Shown: positions 49,761 through 64,000 of the stretch, piece after piece
How the letters are laid out: each line of letters opens with the position of its first letter
How positions within the stretch are numbered: the stretch's first letter is position 1
DNA from: Lama guanicoe
Lineage: Eukaryota
Direction: 5' to 3'
Length of the DNA: 64,000 nt
NCBI GenBank assembly: GCA_013239625.1
Contig: MU054187.1
Coordinates: 23,498,795-23,562,794 of the forward strand
Position numbers and translations under genes: made by a program
Notes under the pieces: generated by a model
Databases searched by the model: none
The model's input: only the letters and a program-made list of their open reading frames with translations
Told to the model about the DNA's origin: nothing

Positions 49761-50306
49761 AACACTATACAAATAGTAACACTAGCCTTTCCCAACATAT
49801 CAATATAATATTTGGATGAAACAGAAAAACTGTAATACAACATTGGGGAAATAACTTATGACTGTCAGTCTGGTACCCAATAAAGGAAAAATACTCCCCA
49901 TAGACAAGCCAAATGCAGGGAGCCTCTGAATTCTTACGCATGAAAGAAGGTAGCATTGCTCTCTCCCACTTTCTGAAAATGAAGAAGTGGGAGAAAATCA
50001 GGTAAACAGCCAATATCCTTCCTATTTAATGGCCTTTTACAAATTAATGAAAACAACTCAGTAGCATGGTCCAAATGGAACCAAGGTAAGACACAGCTAA
50101 TGAACATTCACAAAACACATACAGATAAATAAATATAAAAAATATGCACTATTAAGTATCAATAAAATTTGTAAATGGGTGAAATTAAACTTTTATCTAT
50201 TCAAATTGGTCAAGGTGAGAAATTAGGTATTACTAGAGTTAAACTCAGGTGGATAGCTTTGGGTGGTTGAAATTGCGTGCTGTGCAACCATCCCATATGG
50301 GTAAGA

Positions 50307-50330
50307 TACACACACACACACACACACACA
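50307..50330 (+). repeat. (CA)n microsatellite
   Basis: Seen directly. Confidence 0.9.
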
Positions 50331-53137
50331 GAATACAGCTGCAGTCAGAATTAAATGAAAATTCATCTATGGCAGCTAAAAGTGCTTAACAGAAAGTACA
50401 CACTATTGTTATTGTTTTATTATTATTATCATTAATCTTTACCATTATATCATATTTATTGTTATGCTAATGGCCAGTGGATGGTACACTTTTATATACA
50501 GCTGCTAGGAGTGTAAAGTGGCTCTTCATTTTTGAAAAAAATGACTTAATAACATATCAAGCTCTCTTAAAAAGTTTATGTTCCTTAGCTAAATAATTAT
50601 GTGACTCTACTCTTCAGAAATAACTTGAATGTCAACCAAAATATATATACAAATTTGCTCAATACAATATAACTAATAGCTAAAACTGGAAATGAACTAA
50701 ATTTTGGCCATAGTATAGTAATAAATTATATTCAATCATATGGCAAAATATGAACCATTGAACTGTATTTAAGATATTTTAGTGAATTAGAAAAATTATA
50801 GATAAATAATGTGCAGTGAAATGGTAAATATTTTTAAATTATGTACAACATAATAACAATTATAGATATATAAAACTGTCTATATCTGAGTATAAACTCC
50901 TGGTGTCCTGAATAGAGATGGACAGACATTCAAGTTGAGGGAAGGGTGTGATGACAACAATCTCTTTCCTCCTGTCATTGCAAACCCTCCATCTTGAACT
51001 GAAGAGATAATGTTCAGAAAAGAATATACTCAGGGTCGTATGGTGAGTGGGTTAGTCTGACTGAAATCATCTGAGCTGGTAATAAACCCAGGTAAAGGGA
51101 ACGAGCACCCAGTGCTTCCTCAATGATTCTCTTATTTCCTCCTGGCGACTTGGGCCAGCTGACCTTGGCTAAAGCATGAAGCGTTCTCCTCGAAGTCCTT
51201 ACGTGACTAGAATGATTGTTTTAAATATACTGAGATTTTAAAAAAGTTATGGTCTACTCTGTCTGCAGATCTATTTTGCAAGATACTTCACCTCTGGTTT
51301 GGTTTCATTTATTACGTAAGAATTCATTATGGTTTTAAGATAGTAAAGGAGATGTGTGTATTTGTGGACCAGAAACTTACAAATGAAAGAGGTAAGGGTT
51401 CGGATAAGGAAGGCTGCTTAGACAGATGCACGGTCCTGAGGGCTGATAGAAGCTTATGACGGAAGGAGTAGCGGGCATAAAATGCATTGATTTTTTCCAA
51501 AGGCAAGTAACTCACAAAGAAACAATGAACTGAAGTCAAAGAAGCGGGAGAAAGGAGAGCTGTGAATATAACTTCATAAACTGATTTCAATTTAAGATTC
51601 ACAGTTGTCTGCTAAGGCCAGGGAATTACATTGAAAGTTTGAGGTAAATTTAAAGGTTTAAATTACAGCTAATTTAATTTTCTGGATCACATTGCTGAGA
51701 AGTAAACTGCAAAACAGAAATGAACACTTCCCCAGCATGTTTCTATTAAGTAAAAAAACCTAAATACCACTCATCTAGCTAAATTTTTTTTGATAAAACC
51801 ACTCCCTGAAAAAGAGCTCTAAAAGAAAAGCTTAATTAGGTTAAAAACTTTTATTTAAGCTAGGTTTTTTTATTTTTGCCACTGGTTTAGTATGTAATCA
51901 GAAAAATGTGTTAAATATACCATAACAATGTATTTTCTTGCTAGTATGTCCTCCTTTGGCACTGTTCTAGAATGAGTAAATCTGCTAGAACTAAATGAAT
52001 GTCAGTTTTCTTGATCTTATTTTCTATCTGAAATGCATAATTTAGTAATAAAATTAAAAGATCACATGGCTATAAAAAAAGTGTATCTTGACAAATGAAA
52101 GGAAAGCTCTAACAAAGTGCCAATTTTGCTCTAAGGTAACCTGATTTACTCTACACACAGTCATAAAAGTACACACATATGCACATTTGGAAAACTTACA
52201 CTATGAAACAGAAAAAAAATGGGAAAGTTTGGTTTAAAAAGTTAAGATAAAAAATCAAAGAAATGAGAATTAAGATTGGATAATCTGTACATATTGCAGG
52301 TTAATATAATATAGAATAATCTTAGAGTGAAACTCCATTTCATATATGTAAAGTAAATTTAAGTAAATAGGAAATAAGTTGTTATTCTGAGAAGCCTTGT
52401 ATACTACTTGAGACAATCTTTCCAATTCTAAAATTGAAACCTTGGTGTGTAATCAGAAACTAGTATTTAATGCATGAGCAAATGTAGAATTAAATATATC
52501 CAAGACACAGTTCAAGACTGTGATCAGAATTAAAAAAAAACACTGTAAGTAATGAGTTTAATAAATTTAAACTGGAATTGCCAAGACAAGTATTCAAAGG
52601 TTTCTAATTTTTGGGTAGATAGGATGGAGTCACCAGAATTTTCACATCTGAAAAAGCGAAATCTAATAGTTAAAATTAAATTCTTACATACTCTTATATG
52701 TCTTATTTTGTGCAGTAATCTCTTTTTAACGAAATTCACTATTGCTTGTAGGTTGTTTTCAGACTCTATTCCATTTTCAGTACTCTGTAATTCTCTAGTA
52801 CATATTTTAAATAACATGGTGGTATAGGAGATAATACTGACTAGGGGCCACAGAACAATTTCAACAGAGAAATTAGCTCTGAATAGATCCACACTCAACT
52901 CTTCATATTGTCCTCCTTCTGAGATAGTTTATATGCTGCAAACTGAGTAAAAATCCTAAATCATAGGTGTGCTCTTTTTATTTCCTTATTAAAACTAGTT
53001 TGCTGGATTTCAATGGGCCACCAGAGAAACAGACGTCATCAATCTGTCACTAAATGATTTCAACAAATTAGATAAAACCAAGCTTCACAGTTTTAGCTGT
53101 TGTTACTGGTCACGTTTAATTATGCCATCCTCTAGAC

Positions 53138-53359
53138 CGGCAGTGGTCTCACCTGAGTTTGTGATCCACACCTCCCCACCCCACCCAGTGGACTGTTGGC
53201 AAAGACTGGAGAGTCTTTTGGTTGGAAGACACTTTTGATTATTTCTATTGAGGTTACTGCTGGCATCTATGGATAGAGGCCAGGGATGGTGTCATTAATA
53301 TATAGGAAACTCCTCAACACCCAGCAAAATGTCAACAGTGCTGAAGTTGAGAAATCCTG
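53138..53359. mobile_element. MER20 (hAT-Charlie) MITE with 8-bp TSD
   Basis: CAGTGGTCTCA...CTGCTGGCATCTATGGATAGAGGCCAGGGATG...AAAATGTCAACAGTGCTGAAGTTGAGAAATCCTG. TSD CTCTAGAC (53130-53137) and TTCTAGAC (53360-53367). Confidence 0.85.
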
Positions 53360-53569
53360 TTCTAGACAAAGATGTTCTAATTATTTTACACCCTATGATT
53401 TTTTTCATATAGTTCCTTTGCTTGATATTTCTTTCTTCCCATCTCTCTCTGTCAAAATTATACTTTTCCTTTAATTCTCAATTCAAATGCTTTCTTTCGC
53501 GTGAAAAGTTTGATTCAACGTGATTGGGAAATTCAATTAAGATAAAACATTTTGGGTTCTGTACTCTTA

Positions 53570-55800
53570 GCAAGACCCTTTTAAATAGTGTAATATTTCG
53601 TATATTAACATATAAGTAAATTATGAAGCATAGCATAAGTATAATGTGAACCTGGACACCTATCCTCCCAACTTGAAAATGAAGTGTTGCCAACTCCTTT
53701 ACATGGACTTAACATGTTTTGTCCATATTTCATTCCTCTGCTGCCCTCAGAGCTAACTCTATTCTTAAAATTGTAATACCTTTCCCTTGTTTGAAAAGCT
53801 CATTTATATGCCTATACTTTATTATTTGGGGATTTTTTTTTAATCTTAGAACAAATGATATCATATTGTATCTAGACTTTTGCAGTTTGCCCTCTTCACT
53901 TATTATTGTGTTAAGAATCATCAATATTGTTGCTAATAGTGGTGGTAACTACAATTCCCTGCCACTTCATAGTCCATTTTGTAAGCAAATGAATGATAGT
54001 CATATATTCATTCCGAACCACAGACTTCTAGTTCTTCTTTTTTGCTGTTATAAACGATGCTGGTATGAAGCCATTCTTGTGCATGTCAACTGGTAAACAA
54101 GGGCAAGTCTTTGTTTAGACTGTCACTAAATCTAGATCTAAAATTGTATCAGAGTACATGTAAATGTTCACTTTAACTAGGTTTTGGCCAAACCCTTTGC
54201 CAGTGGTTTGAACAGTTTATACTCATGTCCAACATGTATAAGTGTTCTTTCTGATGTATATCCTTACTGACACTTGCTGCAACACTTTGGGTATATAAAT
54301 TGTACCTAGCAGAATTTTGTTTTTATTTACTTTAAAAACTTTGATTTTTAACTGGAGGTTTAGTCTATTTACACTCATTGCAGTTACTGATATGTTTAGA
54401 ATTTTAAAGTAATTATATTAATATTTTAAAATTTATTCTTTTTATGCCATTAGTGTTCCTTCCTTAATTTTTAAAAAATGTAGGTTTTTCTTTTGCAACT
54501 TTAAAATTTATTTTTGTTTTCTTCTACTGTTTTTCCTTCTACTATTTTAGAAATTATACTCTGCTTAGTTTTTTGTATTAATTACCCTTCAAAATTTACC
54601 TTGTCTGTTTACCAGGATATAAGATTAATTCCTTAACCTTATTCTTAAAATACATAAGAATCTTAGAGTATTTTAATATTGACTCTCTCCCTGGTTTTCA
54701 TGCAATTATCATTTAATAAGGTTCTTTTGTCTCTTTTAAGTTGTACAGAGTATATAATAGTATAATTTCATACTTGGCATTATTCATTTCTTTGATCAAA
54801 ATTATTTCTTTTACCTAAGATTCTTTTAGGATTAACTTCTTTTTAAGTCTTAAGAAATCGTTTAGAATTATTAAATAAATGGACAACTTTCTCATTTTTT
54901 ATCCTTTTTAAATTTGCTATGTTATCCTAACTTTTGAAACACAGTGTTATTGAATAATTCTAGCCTGATGGTTATTTTTTTCTTAGCATTTCAAATATTC
55001 CACTGTCTGCTGGACTTCCTTATTGACTGGGGAGTTTCCTGTCTAGTTGCAGAGCTGTAGATGAAGTGTCTTTTCCATCCATCTCCATGTCTGCTTTGAA
55101 AGCCTTTTCTTTGTCTTTGGTGCTCTCTGCAGTTACTCTGAAGTGTGTCTGTGTGTGTGCAATTATGCTGCTTTGAATAAATCGTGATTCTTCTACGTGT
55201 GGATTTATTATTTTATTTCTAGGTAATTAGCAGTTAGTATGCCTTCAGGTATTGCTTCTTTTCCTTTCTTTTTTTTTCCACTTCTCTCTTTCTGGTACTC
55301 CAACTGTATTTATATTAGATCTTTAGTTCTATTTTACTTATCTCAATCTTTCTTTCATATGTTTCATCCATTTTGCTCTCCACACTGTAATTTGTGGATT
55401 TATTTAGATCTTTTTATTCACTAGTTCTTTAGCTAATTTCAGCCTGCTGTTTAATCTACCCATTATTATTATATTTTATTCTTACTATTACCCTTTTAGG
55501 TTTTATTTTTCAGCTCTTCTTGGTCTTTTGTAATAGTATCTTGTTGCTTGTTTCTTTCCGTAATTCCATCTTCCCTTTTTAGAGATATCATCATCTTGAA
55601 ATTATGTACTTCTTAAATTTATAATTTCAATAACTTAAATTCCTGGAAAACAGTCTCTTTTTTTTAGAGCTGATTCTTATTCATGATGCTTGGTTTTCTT
55701 TTCTGTTTAGTGATCTTTGATCGTAAACTGACGTTTACATTATACCCATCTGTGAAAAAAATCTGAGAGCCTAAATCCAGTATGCTTTTCTCTAGAGAGA
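53570..55800 (-). mobile_element. Highly decayed L1ME/HAL1 fragments
   Basis: TTTGCTGTTATAAACGATGCTGGTATGAAGCCATTCTTGTGCATGTC and TTCCACTGTCTGCTGG...TTTTCTTTGTCTTTGGTGCTCTCTGCAGTT resemble old L1 antisense. Confidence 0.6.
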
Positions 55801-57244
55801 ATATGGATTTGCTTATACAGGGAGCCAAGTGTGTGAGTAGGCTGGGTGGTACAATGAATCTGAGATCATGTCGTCTAAATTCAAGTGCTGGCATTTTAAT
55901 ACAGGATTTCCAGATTCAACTTCTTCACTTTGCCTCTAAACTAAGGCTTCATCTCTGCTTTTCAGATGTGTGGATTACACAAAACTCTAGTCTCAGTTCA
56001 TTGTTTTCTTGATATTTTGGAGCTATTACTCCCTAAATGTGATGCCATATAGTCAAAAAGGCATGCTTCATTGATTATCTAGTTATGCAGTAGTAAGAAG
56101 AATCTTTAAAACATTTAGTCCTCCAGAAGTAGGAAATTCAAGAGTGTCCTTTTAAAATCTCTATTATGGTACTTCTCATAGTCAATATTACAAATAATTG
56201 TATTGTATCTCTATCCTAGATTGCAAGAAAAAAATCTTTTAAAACAGTATGCAATATTAATATTTTTATAGGAATTTTATATAATGCTTAGTCTTTCCCT
56301 TCAGTTCCTACCATGTATCGCAGATTTCCACCATATTACTCACACCAGAATTGTCAACGAAATGTTTGTTGTAGGGAAAGTGTATGAAAAGTCAGCAATA
56401 TCAACCTCTATGTTAACATCATATTTTATACCAACGCTGTATATTTACATCACAATTTGCTTCTGTCTTTATATTATTGCCAAATCACAAGGAACTATCC
56501 CTCAGGGCAGATAGGATTTCTAAAACAAGTATCATTTATAGACACTTATTTTAAAATCACAGATATAGTTTAATACTAAAAAGTAAGTCATTAGTATATA
56601 AAATAGTATTATGAATCATTTCTTCCATTTTTTTAGCACTTTGCATACCAGAGGTTAAAACAAACAAACAAACAAGCAAAACAATGATTCGCTTTGTTTT
56701 TCAGTCCTCTGAGAAGAACTTGTATTTTTTTTTCTGCCTATTGGTGAAAGGGATCTTTTTCTTTACTTGTAGGATGTATTTACGTATGGATCCGATTGAG
56801 TTAATTTTGCGATGAACACAATGACTCCTTCTGAATTGCACACTGCTGTCATAATTTAGCATAAGACATTTTTGCTACTATGTATTTGCTTATTTCTTTT
56901 GCTTTAATTTTTCCACTCTTCTTTCCTTTGGGAGAATCTATACTTCTTACACTGAAGCTATCTACTAGGTATTCTAATATCTAGCCTCAAATTTCACATC
57001 ATTTTCTCCTACCATGTTTTTCTGAAAATGCTTACCAAGATTTTCTTGCACATGACAGACTCAGTTGTTACAGCAATAGCAGGTTTCATTTTTCCTGTTC
57101 CATAGAGAGCCTTTACGGGTGTTTTGAGTTGTTCCCAATATAGCTTTTCTGGTTCACTTGATAAAATATTTTCAGCAATAGGCTTTTCTCCTGAATCTTC
57201 AAGCAGATTCTTTAGCATCCTTTTCATTGTATCATTTTGCTCTT

Positions 57245-57400
57245 CCTAACTAGCTAACCTGGAGCAAGTTACCAGACTTTCTGTGCCTCAATTTCCTTGC
57301 AAAATTACACTGTCTACTTTATAAGTTTGTTGTGAGGAACAAATGAGTTAAAAATGTAAGATGAATTTAAGAGAGTGTCAAATAAATTTTGTTCCTATTA
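57245..57400 (+). mobile_element. MIR SINE fragment
   Basis: ACCTGGAGCAAGTTACCAGACTTTCTGTGCCTCAATTTCCT...TTGTTGTGAGGAACAAATGAGTTA. Confidence 0.75.
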
Positions 57401-58227
57401 TTTAATGAGCCTGTTGCTAACCCACAGAATGAGTTTTTAAACTAATTCTTTATTTCCCTACTTTTCTTTTCACATACTAGTCAAATAACCACTTTAATTG
57501 AAACCTGGAGAGCAGGCTGATATTCCAGGATCTTAGGTCAATTTCCACTGTTCAACACACATGTATCTAGTAGAGCCTTGCCTAACAGACGTGAAACATC
57601 ATCTCAGCCCACTGACCTGTTCTCTGATGCATCCAATGAGCGACAGAGTACAACTTCCACCGTGAATTGTAACAAGGGCTGTTTCTGCTGCTGCCCTCAT
57701 ATGTTATCAACAGACTGAGGAAGAGGCGAGTTGGGGCAACATTTGTTTCAAATGAAGAAGTGAGTTATCAACTAAAAGTGAGAATAATTAGTGGATAGTT
57801 CTGTTGTGTTTAAACTGTCAGGCAATTACTAAATGGTAGTATGCCAGGTTTTGTAATGATATGGTTGTAATTTTGCAGAAAAATAATTACACAAAACTCA
57901 GGTAGAGATTCATTAATAGTCTTGAAAATGTAGGCAATAAAAATATAAAATTATTAATTCCAAACAACTGGATTTTTAAAAAACGCAAACACAGTAATTT
58001 TCTATATTGATAAACTAGTGGCTAAATTTGAAACTCCCATTTAATTTTGCTTTGTTATCTATCTAGATTTAAGGATAAGTAACCTATATGAAGATAAATT
58101 GAGGAGAGGAGTAACAGATACTAAATAATGGTCAACAGGTCATAATCTGTATTAAGACACATGTAAGCCACTTACCCACAGATGCAGAACAGGATATCTA
58201 ATATCAAACGATCATTGTTTGATATTA

Positions 58228-58575
58228 GACAGTGGCAGACACTGACCCATCAAACCCAACAACTTTCTCCAGGCTTCCCTGTGATTAGGTGTGGCCGTAG
58301 GATTGAATTCTAGTTAGTGGATCTTGGTCAGGAATGCTATTTACCACTTGCAGTCTGGCACATAACACCCTTCCATGAGCAAACCTACCTCGGTTCACTC
58401 AGCTGCTCTTTAGATGTTGATGCCTGAGGCAACACTGGAAATCCCGTGTTCATGGTGGCAGAGCCTCCAGGATTCTGGGTCTCTGACTGAGTGACTGGAC
58501 AGTCCCACTGTCCCAACACATGAGTAAGAAATAATTTTCTATTCTGTTAAGCCATTGAAATTTCTGGCTTTATCT
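58228..58575 (+). mobile_element. MaLR solo LTR (MLT1J-like)
   Basis: GCTTCCCTGTGATTAGGTGTGGCCGTAGGATTGAATTCTAG...ATGGTGGCAGAGCCTCC...ATGAGTAAGAAATAATTTTCTATTCTGTTAAGCCATTGAAATTT. Confidence 0.7.
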
Positions 58576-59501
58576 TTCGATTTATTAAGAGCTCTATATT
58601 ATATGCATTTTAACATTCATGATCCATCTATATAATTTAGTAAAACTGAGATAACGAAAGACCATCTTGAGTGTGACGATACCAATTCATCTGCTATTCT
58701 CTAGCTGCACACAAAGATCTAAAAGTAAATAACCAAGTAGAAGCTGCATATTAATCACATGAAGCAATGTAATTGAGAGGTTTTGAAACCTCAAGCATAT
58801 CAAACTTTAGGTCACCAGTCTAGTGAAATGAAATAAGCTTAATAAAATAAAGTTTACTCCAGGAAGTAAATCAGATTTTGAAAAACAATTAAAAAAAAAA
58901 CACCTCTATCATAGTTTTGAAAGCCAAGTTCCTTTCAGAGAGAGCTCCCAAGTTTTAGTAAAACATGGTAAGGTAAGAACTATGGGGTAGAGTGCTAATA
59001 TTTTTAGAATTTACAAGTTCAATAAGCATTCTGGTTATAAAGGATGGGTTAAGGTACTTGGCTGTCCAATCATATCAACTCCTTCCCGTATCTTCAAAAA
59101 GCACAGGGCTGGTACATCTAGACAATATTCCCCCAGACTGTAGCACTTCTAGGCGTCTTGGTAATATCTGTTTGGCATCTAACCCCTCCTGTTCTCAAAG
59201 ATCGAAAGTCCAAATCCTGTAGGCATCTGAGAAACATTATACAGCAGTTGTAGCTGTAGAATGAGCAGAAAAGGTTGGGAAGTGGCAGACAGCTGGCCTT
59301 AGCCTAGGTTTACCCCTTGGTAACCTGTATTCACACACCAATGACAAACTCTCTCCTAGAGAAAGTTAACTCTCCCTGGCCCACATAAATTGTGTCCATT
59401 GACTCAAGCACTGCATCATGAATATATTTAACTTATACTTGGTCTAGTCAAAGAATGAGTGGGCTTGGATGTAAAATTGGACCACTTCATATTTAATATA
59501 A

Positions 59502-59958
59502 ATATTCATCAAGGATTCCAGAGAAACAGAACCAATAGGATATATATGGCTAAATAAGAGTAGATTTATTATAGGAATTAACTCATGAGATTATGGCAGC
59601 CGAGAAGCTCCATGATCTACTGTCCACAAATTAGAAAACCAGGAAAATTGATGGTATCATTCATTCTGAATTCAAATGCTTAAGAACCAGGAGTTGTGAT
59701 GTACAAAGGCAGGAAAAAATGTACTTCTCAGCTCCAGAAGGGAGAGAGAATTCACCCTTCCTCTTCTGTCCTATTCTGGCCTCCAAGGGATTGGATCATA
59801 CCTGCTCACGTTGGTGAAGAAGGATCTTCTTTACTTAGTCTGTTGAATCAGATAATCTCTTCCAGAAGCATCCTCAGACATGTACAGAACTAATATTTTA
59901 CCAGCTATCTGGGCATCTCTTAACGCAATCAACTTGACACATAAAATTAACCATTGCA
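59502..59958 (-). mobile_element. ERVL solo LTR (MLT2B-like)
   Basis: TCCAGAGAAACAGAACCAATAGGATATAT...TTTTACCAGCTATCTGGGCATCTCTTAA...AACTTGACACATAAAATTAACCAT. Confidence 0.85.
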
Positions 59959-60550
59959 ATGATGCAACAGATTTAAGGATTTTGATGTCTCAGATGAAAT
60001 TTTCATCATCATTCATCTCTCCTTAGTTTTTAGATAGACTGCTGAAACAGCGCCTCCTGATCATCTTCTGACTTTAGGCAGTGACATTTTTGACAATAAA
60101 CACAGCCAATAAAATGCATTCTTTTTGTTAGTAGAATTCAAGCTGCTTGGTAAAATAAGATATGCATCTAGTTATTTCTCTGTCATAGTTTTATATATCA
60201 TTTTAATAGATAACCATTTTGTTTGGAGATTATCAATTTGAAATCCTGACTGTGGTAGATTACTTGTCTGATTAGAAATAATCTTTGTGGTAGGTTTGTG
60301 TCTGCAATTGACAGTACCATTTAAACGTTATACCATAGCCAAGGAAACAATATGATAATGATGCTCAAAATGAATCTCAACATTTTGCTAGATTTAAATT
60401 TTCCGACTCACATTCAGGCAATGTACTCTTTTCAAAAACCATATCACAGTAGCATTTTCTATTTAGAATTAGTATGCACATGTTCTGCTTATCCACTCCA
60501 TGAACAAAAACAAAATGTCATGGAAAAGAAAGGCATTATTTTATTAGGCC

Positions 60551-60590
60551 TGTGTGTATGGTGTGTTTGTGTGTGTGTGTGCGTGTGTGT
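60551..60590 (+). repeat. Imperfect (GT)n microsatellite
   Basis: Seen directly. Confidence 0.85.
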
Positions 60591-63199
60591 TTATTTATTT
60601 TAATGTAACTAGTGGGTAACTTGCTTAATGGACATTACCTTAAGTTTCAAAAGCTATCATGACTATAAGCAAATTGATAGAAAAGTGGATAACGATGAAT
60701 TAAGGTTTACTGGCAGCCAAAGATACTGTTTATCTCATTTGAGGTAGACAGAATTCAAATTGCCTTCATTAGCTGAGCAATGTGCTGTGGAAAATGAGCT
60801 GGGTACTTATCAAGAGGTTCTTTCATTTGCATTTTTGCTAAATTATCAAGCTTCTCTATTTTCTAGGTGCTTAAGAGCTATGAATAGGAGAGAAAGAAAA
60901 ATTTTCAGGTAAGTAAGCTGGGGGCATTGGAGGACTAGAGTAAAGAAAAGAAAGTTTATTAATGAAAATGTCAGAATTGTGCCTGTATATTTGTGATACA
61001 AAAAGACAATCTTACAGATAGCATCTAGTATGTACACATGGATTAATTCTCCACACATTCACCAGTACCACAACAAAGCTAGAGGCTTTTCTTTTGATAA
61101 ATGATCAATACTTCACATGACATTACCCTAGCTGCCCTGCTGTTGCTAGTTAAAAGTTTGAATTTCAATTAAGCAGTAAATCTTTATGGTATTACATCTT
61201 AAACAGTCAGTTAACTTTTCCCTTATCTCCTATAATTCTGAAACATTATTATTTTGCAGAATCATTTCCTTTAAGCTCACTCAAAGGAAAAAAATATTCC
61301 TATTGGACCAGTAAAGAAATATCTTCCTCCAAATGGAACACTAAATATTATATAACTGTTTTGTTTAGGATTTTAATAGTATGGGTATGTACAAAATTAT
61401 TTTTATGTTTCTACAGTATAAGTTAAAAGGCAATCAAAGGCAATCAAATCAAATATATAATATAATATAATCTGAGTCAAAAGTCCTTTGACTGGATTGT
61501 ACACATTTAGCTCCTATGTTTTATTTCACAATTCTTTCCAACATATATATCCCTTGAAAAAAGTCTTAAATTACACAAAACACGTAAGCATTTGTAATAT
61601 CAATCATACTCAAATCAGTGGAAAAATTCTTATTTCCTATGTCACTTCAAATGCCCCTATAGATTTTTTAAAAATTTCTTATTTTTAAAAGCATTGGTTG
61701 ATGCCTAAAATAATCCAGCTATTGTATCCAGAGGATACATTCTAAAAGATTTGTGCAGCTTTCTTGATGATTTCAATATTTTGAGAGAAGATACAGGTCA
61801 TTTAATAGGCACCATCTCCTTCACATATAATTTTAAAACAATTTTAAATTCATGAGGCCACATGCCAAATTAACACAATTTCAAAGCTACAGATTTAAAG
61901 TATCTTAACAATTAGATTCATTATCAAAACAATGTAATTTTCTCTGTTTAGAAGTTTAGAAGAAAATCTTTCCCCTGGAATCAAATACAGATTTGCCTGT
62001 GTCAGCAAAATTCTACCATTATAAGTGCTATTTTTTCTCAACTATTTAGAATGAAAATTTTCTTCAATTATTCAAAACAATGTTAACAAGTGACTTAAAG
62101 AATTCTGAACTACTTCACTAGAATGCCTGTGTTATTTTTGATAAAATAAACACATTTAATTTTAAATAAATTATGTATCAAACCAGTATGGGTCAACTAT
62201 TATGTTGTAGGTATTTTATAATAAGATACTCAGATATAGAGTAAGTTAAATATGTCTGAATAGAAACCAATTTACTTACAATGTTTCCAGCCCTGCAATA
62301 TAAGGTAAAGAATGAAATCAACTACACAGTATGTTAGAGGTTTCTTGAGCTAATGAGCAATTAGCCAGGAACACAGATCTGTTTGATTCCAAAGTATTTG
62401 GCTTTTAATTCCACGATAATGAAATCTCCCAACATATTTTGCCATTAGTCTCCAAACTAGTTCTTAAAATAAAATAATAATTTTATATTATAGTAAATAC
62501 ACTTATTAATGGCAATTCAAAAGATCATTTTATTCAATACTAGAAATTTTATCTTATTTTGGAAAACATGAACAATTATTTATTATATTTCTTTTCTTTG
62601 AAAATTAATGTTATTTTAAGTTTAACTCAATCTAATTCATTCTGTTCTTAATGTGATTGAACTCTGCATACTCTAAAACTGCAAGGCTATTACACTAATC
62701 CAGCTAATTAACCCTTCTAATGAACTAACAAAACTTAATATGATGGCTGGGCTTAACTTATAAAGGACTCATTAAGAGTTTTATTAGCTGATTAGTTGTC
62801 ATTAAACAATGCAAGCTTACATATTCAACATTCTACTGTGGTGTGAAAGAAAAATATTTAAGTCTTGATTACAAGAACTATGAAGATGGCTGCTTATACT
62901 TCTCAAATCCTATAATTTTGTGAACATTTTTAAACATAATAGTGAAGTATGGATTTCTGCCTAGGAAGAAACATACGTTTCTTATATCAAGTAACTATTC
63001 TTTTAGTTGTTGAGATTTTGTCTTTACATTATTTTTGGATATCAGAATAATCATAAGGTTTAGAACATTGATATGTTAGATATGCAAGAAATTAAATTTG
63101 ATAAAAAATAAAGAATAATAAAAAATAACTTATGTAGTTGTATCAGATTGGGAGACCAAGAAAATTATAAAGACAAAAGACAGGGGGCAAAATGTTACA

Positions 63200-64000
63200 G
63201 ATTAGAAACAACATGCTTCTAAAAAACCCAATGGATCAATGATGAAATCAAAGAAGACATTTAAAAATACCTAGAGACAAACAACAATGAAAACACAACC
63301 ACATAATATCTATGTGATGCAGCAAAAGCAGTCCTAGGAGGGAAGTTCATAGTGATACAGGCCTTCCTCAGAAAAGAACAATCTCAAATAAACGAACTAA
63401 CTTACCACCTAAAATAATTAGAGAAAGAAGAGCAGACAAAACCAAAAGTCAACAGAAGGAAGAAAACAATAAAGATCAGGGAGGAAAAAAATAAAATAGA
63501 GATTTAAAAAAATAGAAAAAAATCAATCAAACCAAGAGTTAGTTTTTTGAAGGAGTAAACAAAATTGACAAACCTCTGGCCAGGCTCACCAAGAAGAAAA
63601 GACAGAAAACAAATAAATAAAATAAGAAAGGAAAATGGAGAAATTACAACCAATACCACAGAAATACAAAATATCATAAGAGAATACTATGAATAACTCT
63701 ATGGAAACAAACTGGACAACCTAGAAGAAACAGATAACTTTCTAGAAACATACAGTCCACCAAGACTGAATCAAGAAGAAATACACCACTTGAACAGACC
63801 AATCACTAGAAATGAAATATAATTAGCGATAGAAAATGCCCCCACAAACAAAAGTCCAGGACCAGATGGCTTCACTGGGGAATTCTACCAAACACACAAA
63901 GAAGAACTCACACCAGTCCTTCTCAACCTCTTCCAAAAGACTGAAAAGGAGGGAGTACTCCCAAACTCCTTCTATGAAGCCACCATCACCCTGATACCAA
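63200..64000 (+). mobile_element. 5'-truncated L1 ORF2 (end of endonuclease into RT), continuing past the window end; frameshifted
   Basis: AACAACATGCTTCTAAAAAACCCAATGG...GATGCAGCAAAAGCAGTCCTAGGAGGGAAGTTCATAG...AAAAGTCCAGGACCAGATGGCTTCACTGGGGAATTCTACCAA ([14 protein letters not shown]) and TTCTATGAAGCCACCATCACCCTGATACCA ([10 protein letters not shown]). Confidence 0.95.

Larger units (their letters stand above)
23104..64000 (-). other. MMP16: MMP16 intron 4 (partial, more than 40 kb; exon 4 not seen in window)
   Basis: No ORF resembling the upstream catalytic exon (HGD..PFDGEGGFLAHAYFPG) in the ORF track. Repeat-rich. Confidence 0.85.

Noticed and set aside
61426..61470. Short tandem duplication AAAGGCAATC x2 plus (TATAA)n
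   Set aside because: Ordinary slippage repeat with no further structure.
1..64000. CRISPR arrays, operons or other prokaryote-type novel systems
   Set aside because: The sequence is mammalian intronic DNA; I saw no regularly spaced repeats or gene clusters.

Overview
This is AT-rich mammalian genomic DNA from inside the MMP16 (MT3-MMP) gene, which runs on the minus strand. Two coding exons are present. One (23103-22942, 162 nt) carries the [11 protein letters not shown] zinc-binding motif and the Met-turn. The other (21023-20812, 212 nt) encodes the proline-rich hinge and the start of the hemopexin domain. By homology to human MMP16 these are exons 5 and 6. The rest is intronic and dominated by interspersed repeats: L1 of several ages, L2, MIR, MaLR/ERV solo LTRs, hAT and Tigger MITEs, and microsatellites. 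A Vic-1-like tRNA-derived SINE and the young L1 3' UTR type suggest a camelid genome (inference). I see no convincing previously undescribed multi-gene system. The best leads are: a possible intronic-polyadenylation isoform of MMP16 (76-codon read-through with AATAAA right after the stop); two L1s with large internal deletions; a twin-primed L1 that forms a close inverted repeat with a related copy; and a dense ACGT-core motif cluster. Repeat family names come from recalled consensus sequences and their boundaries are approximate.
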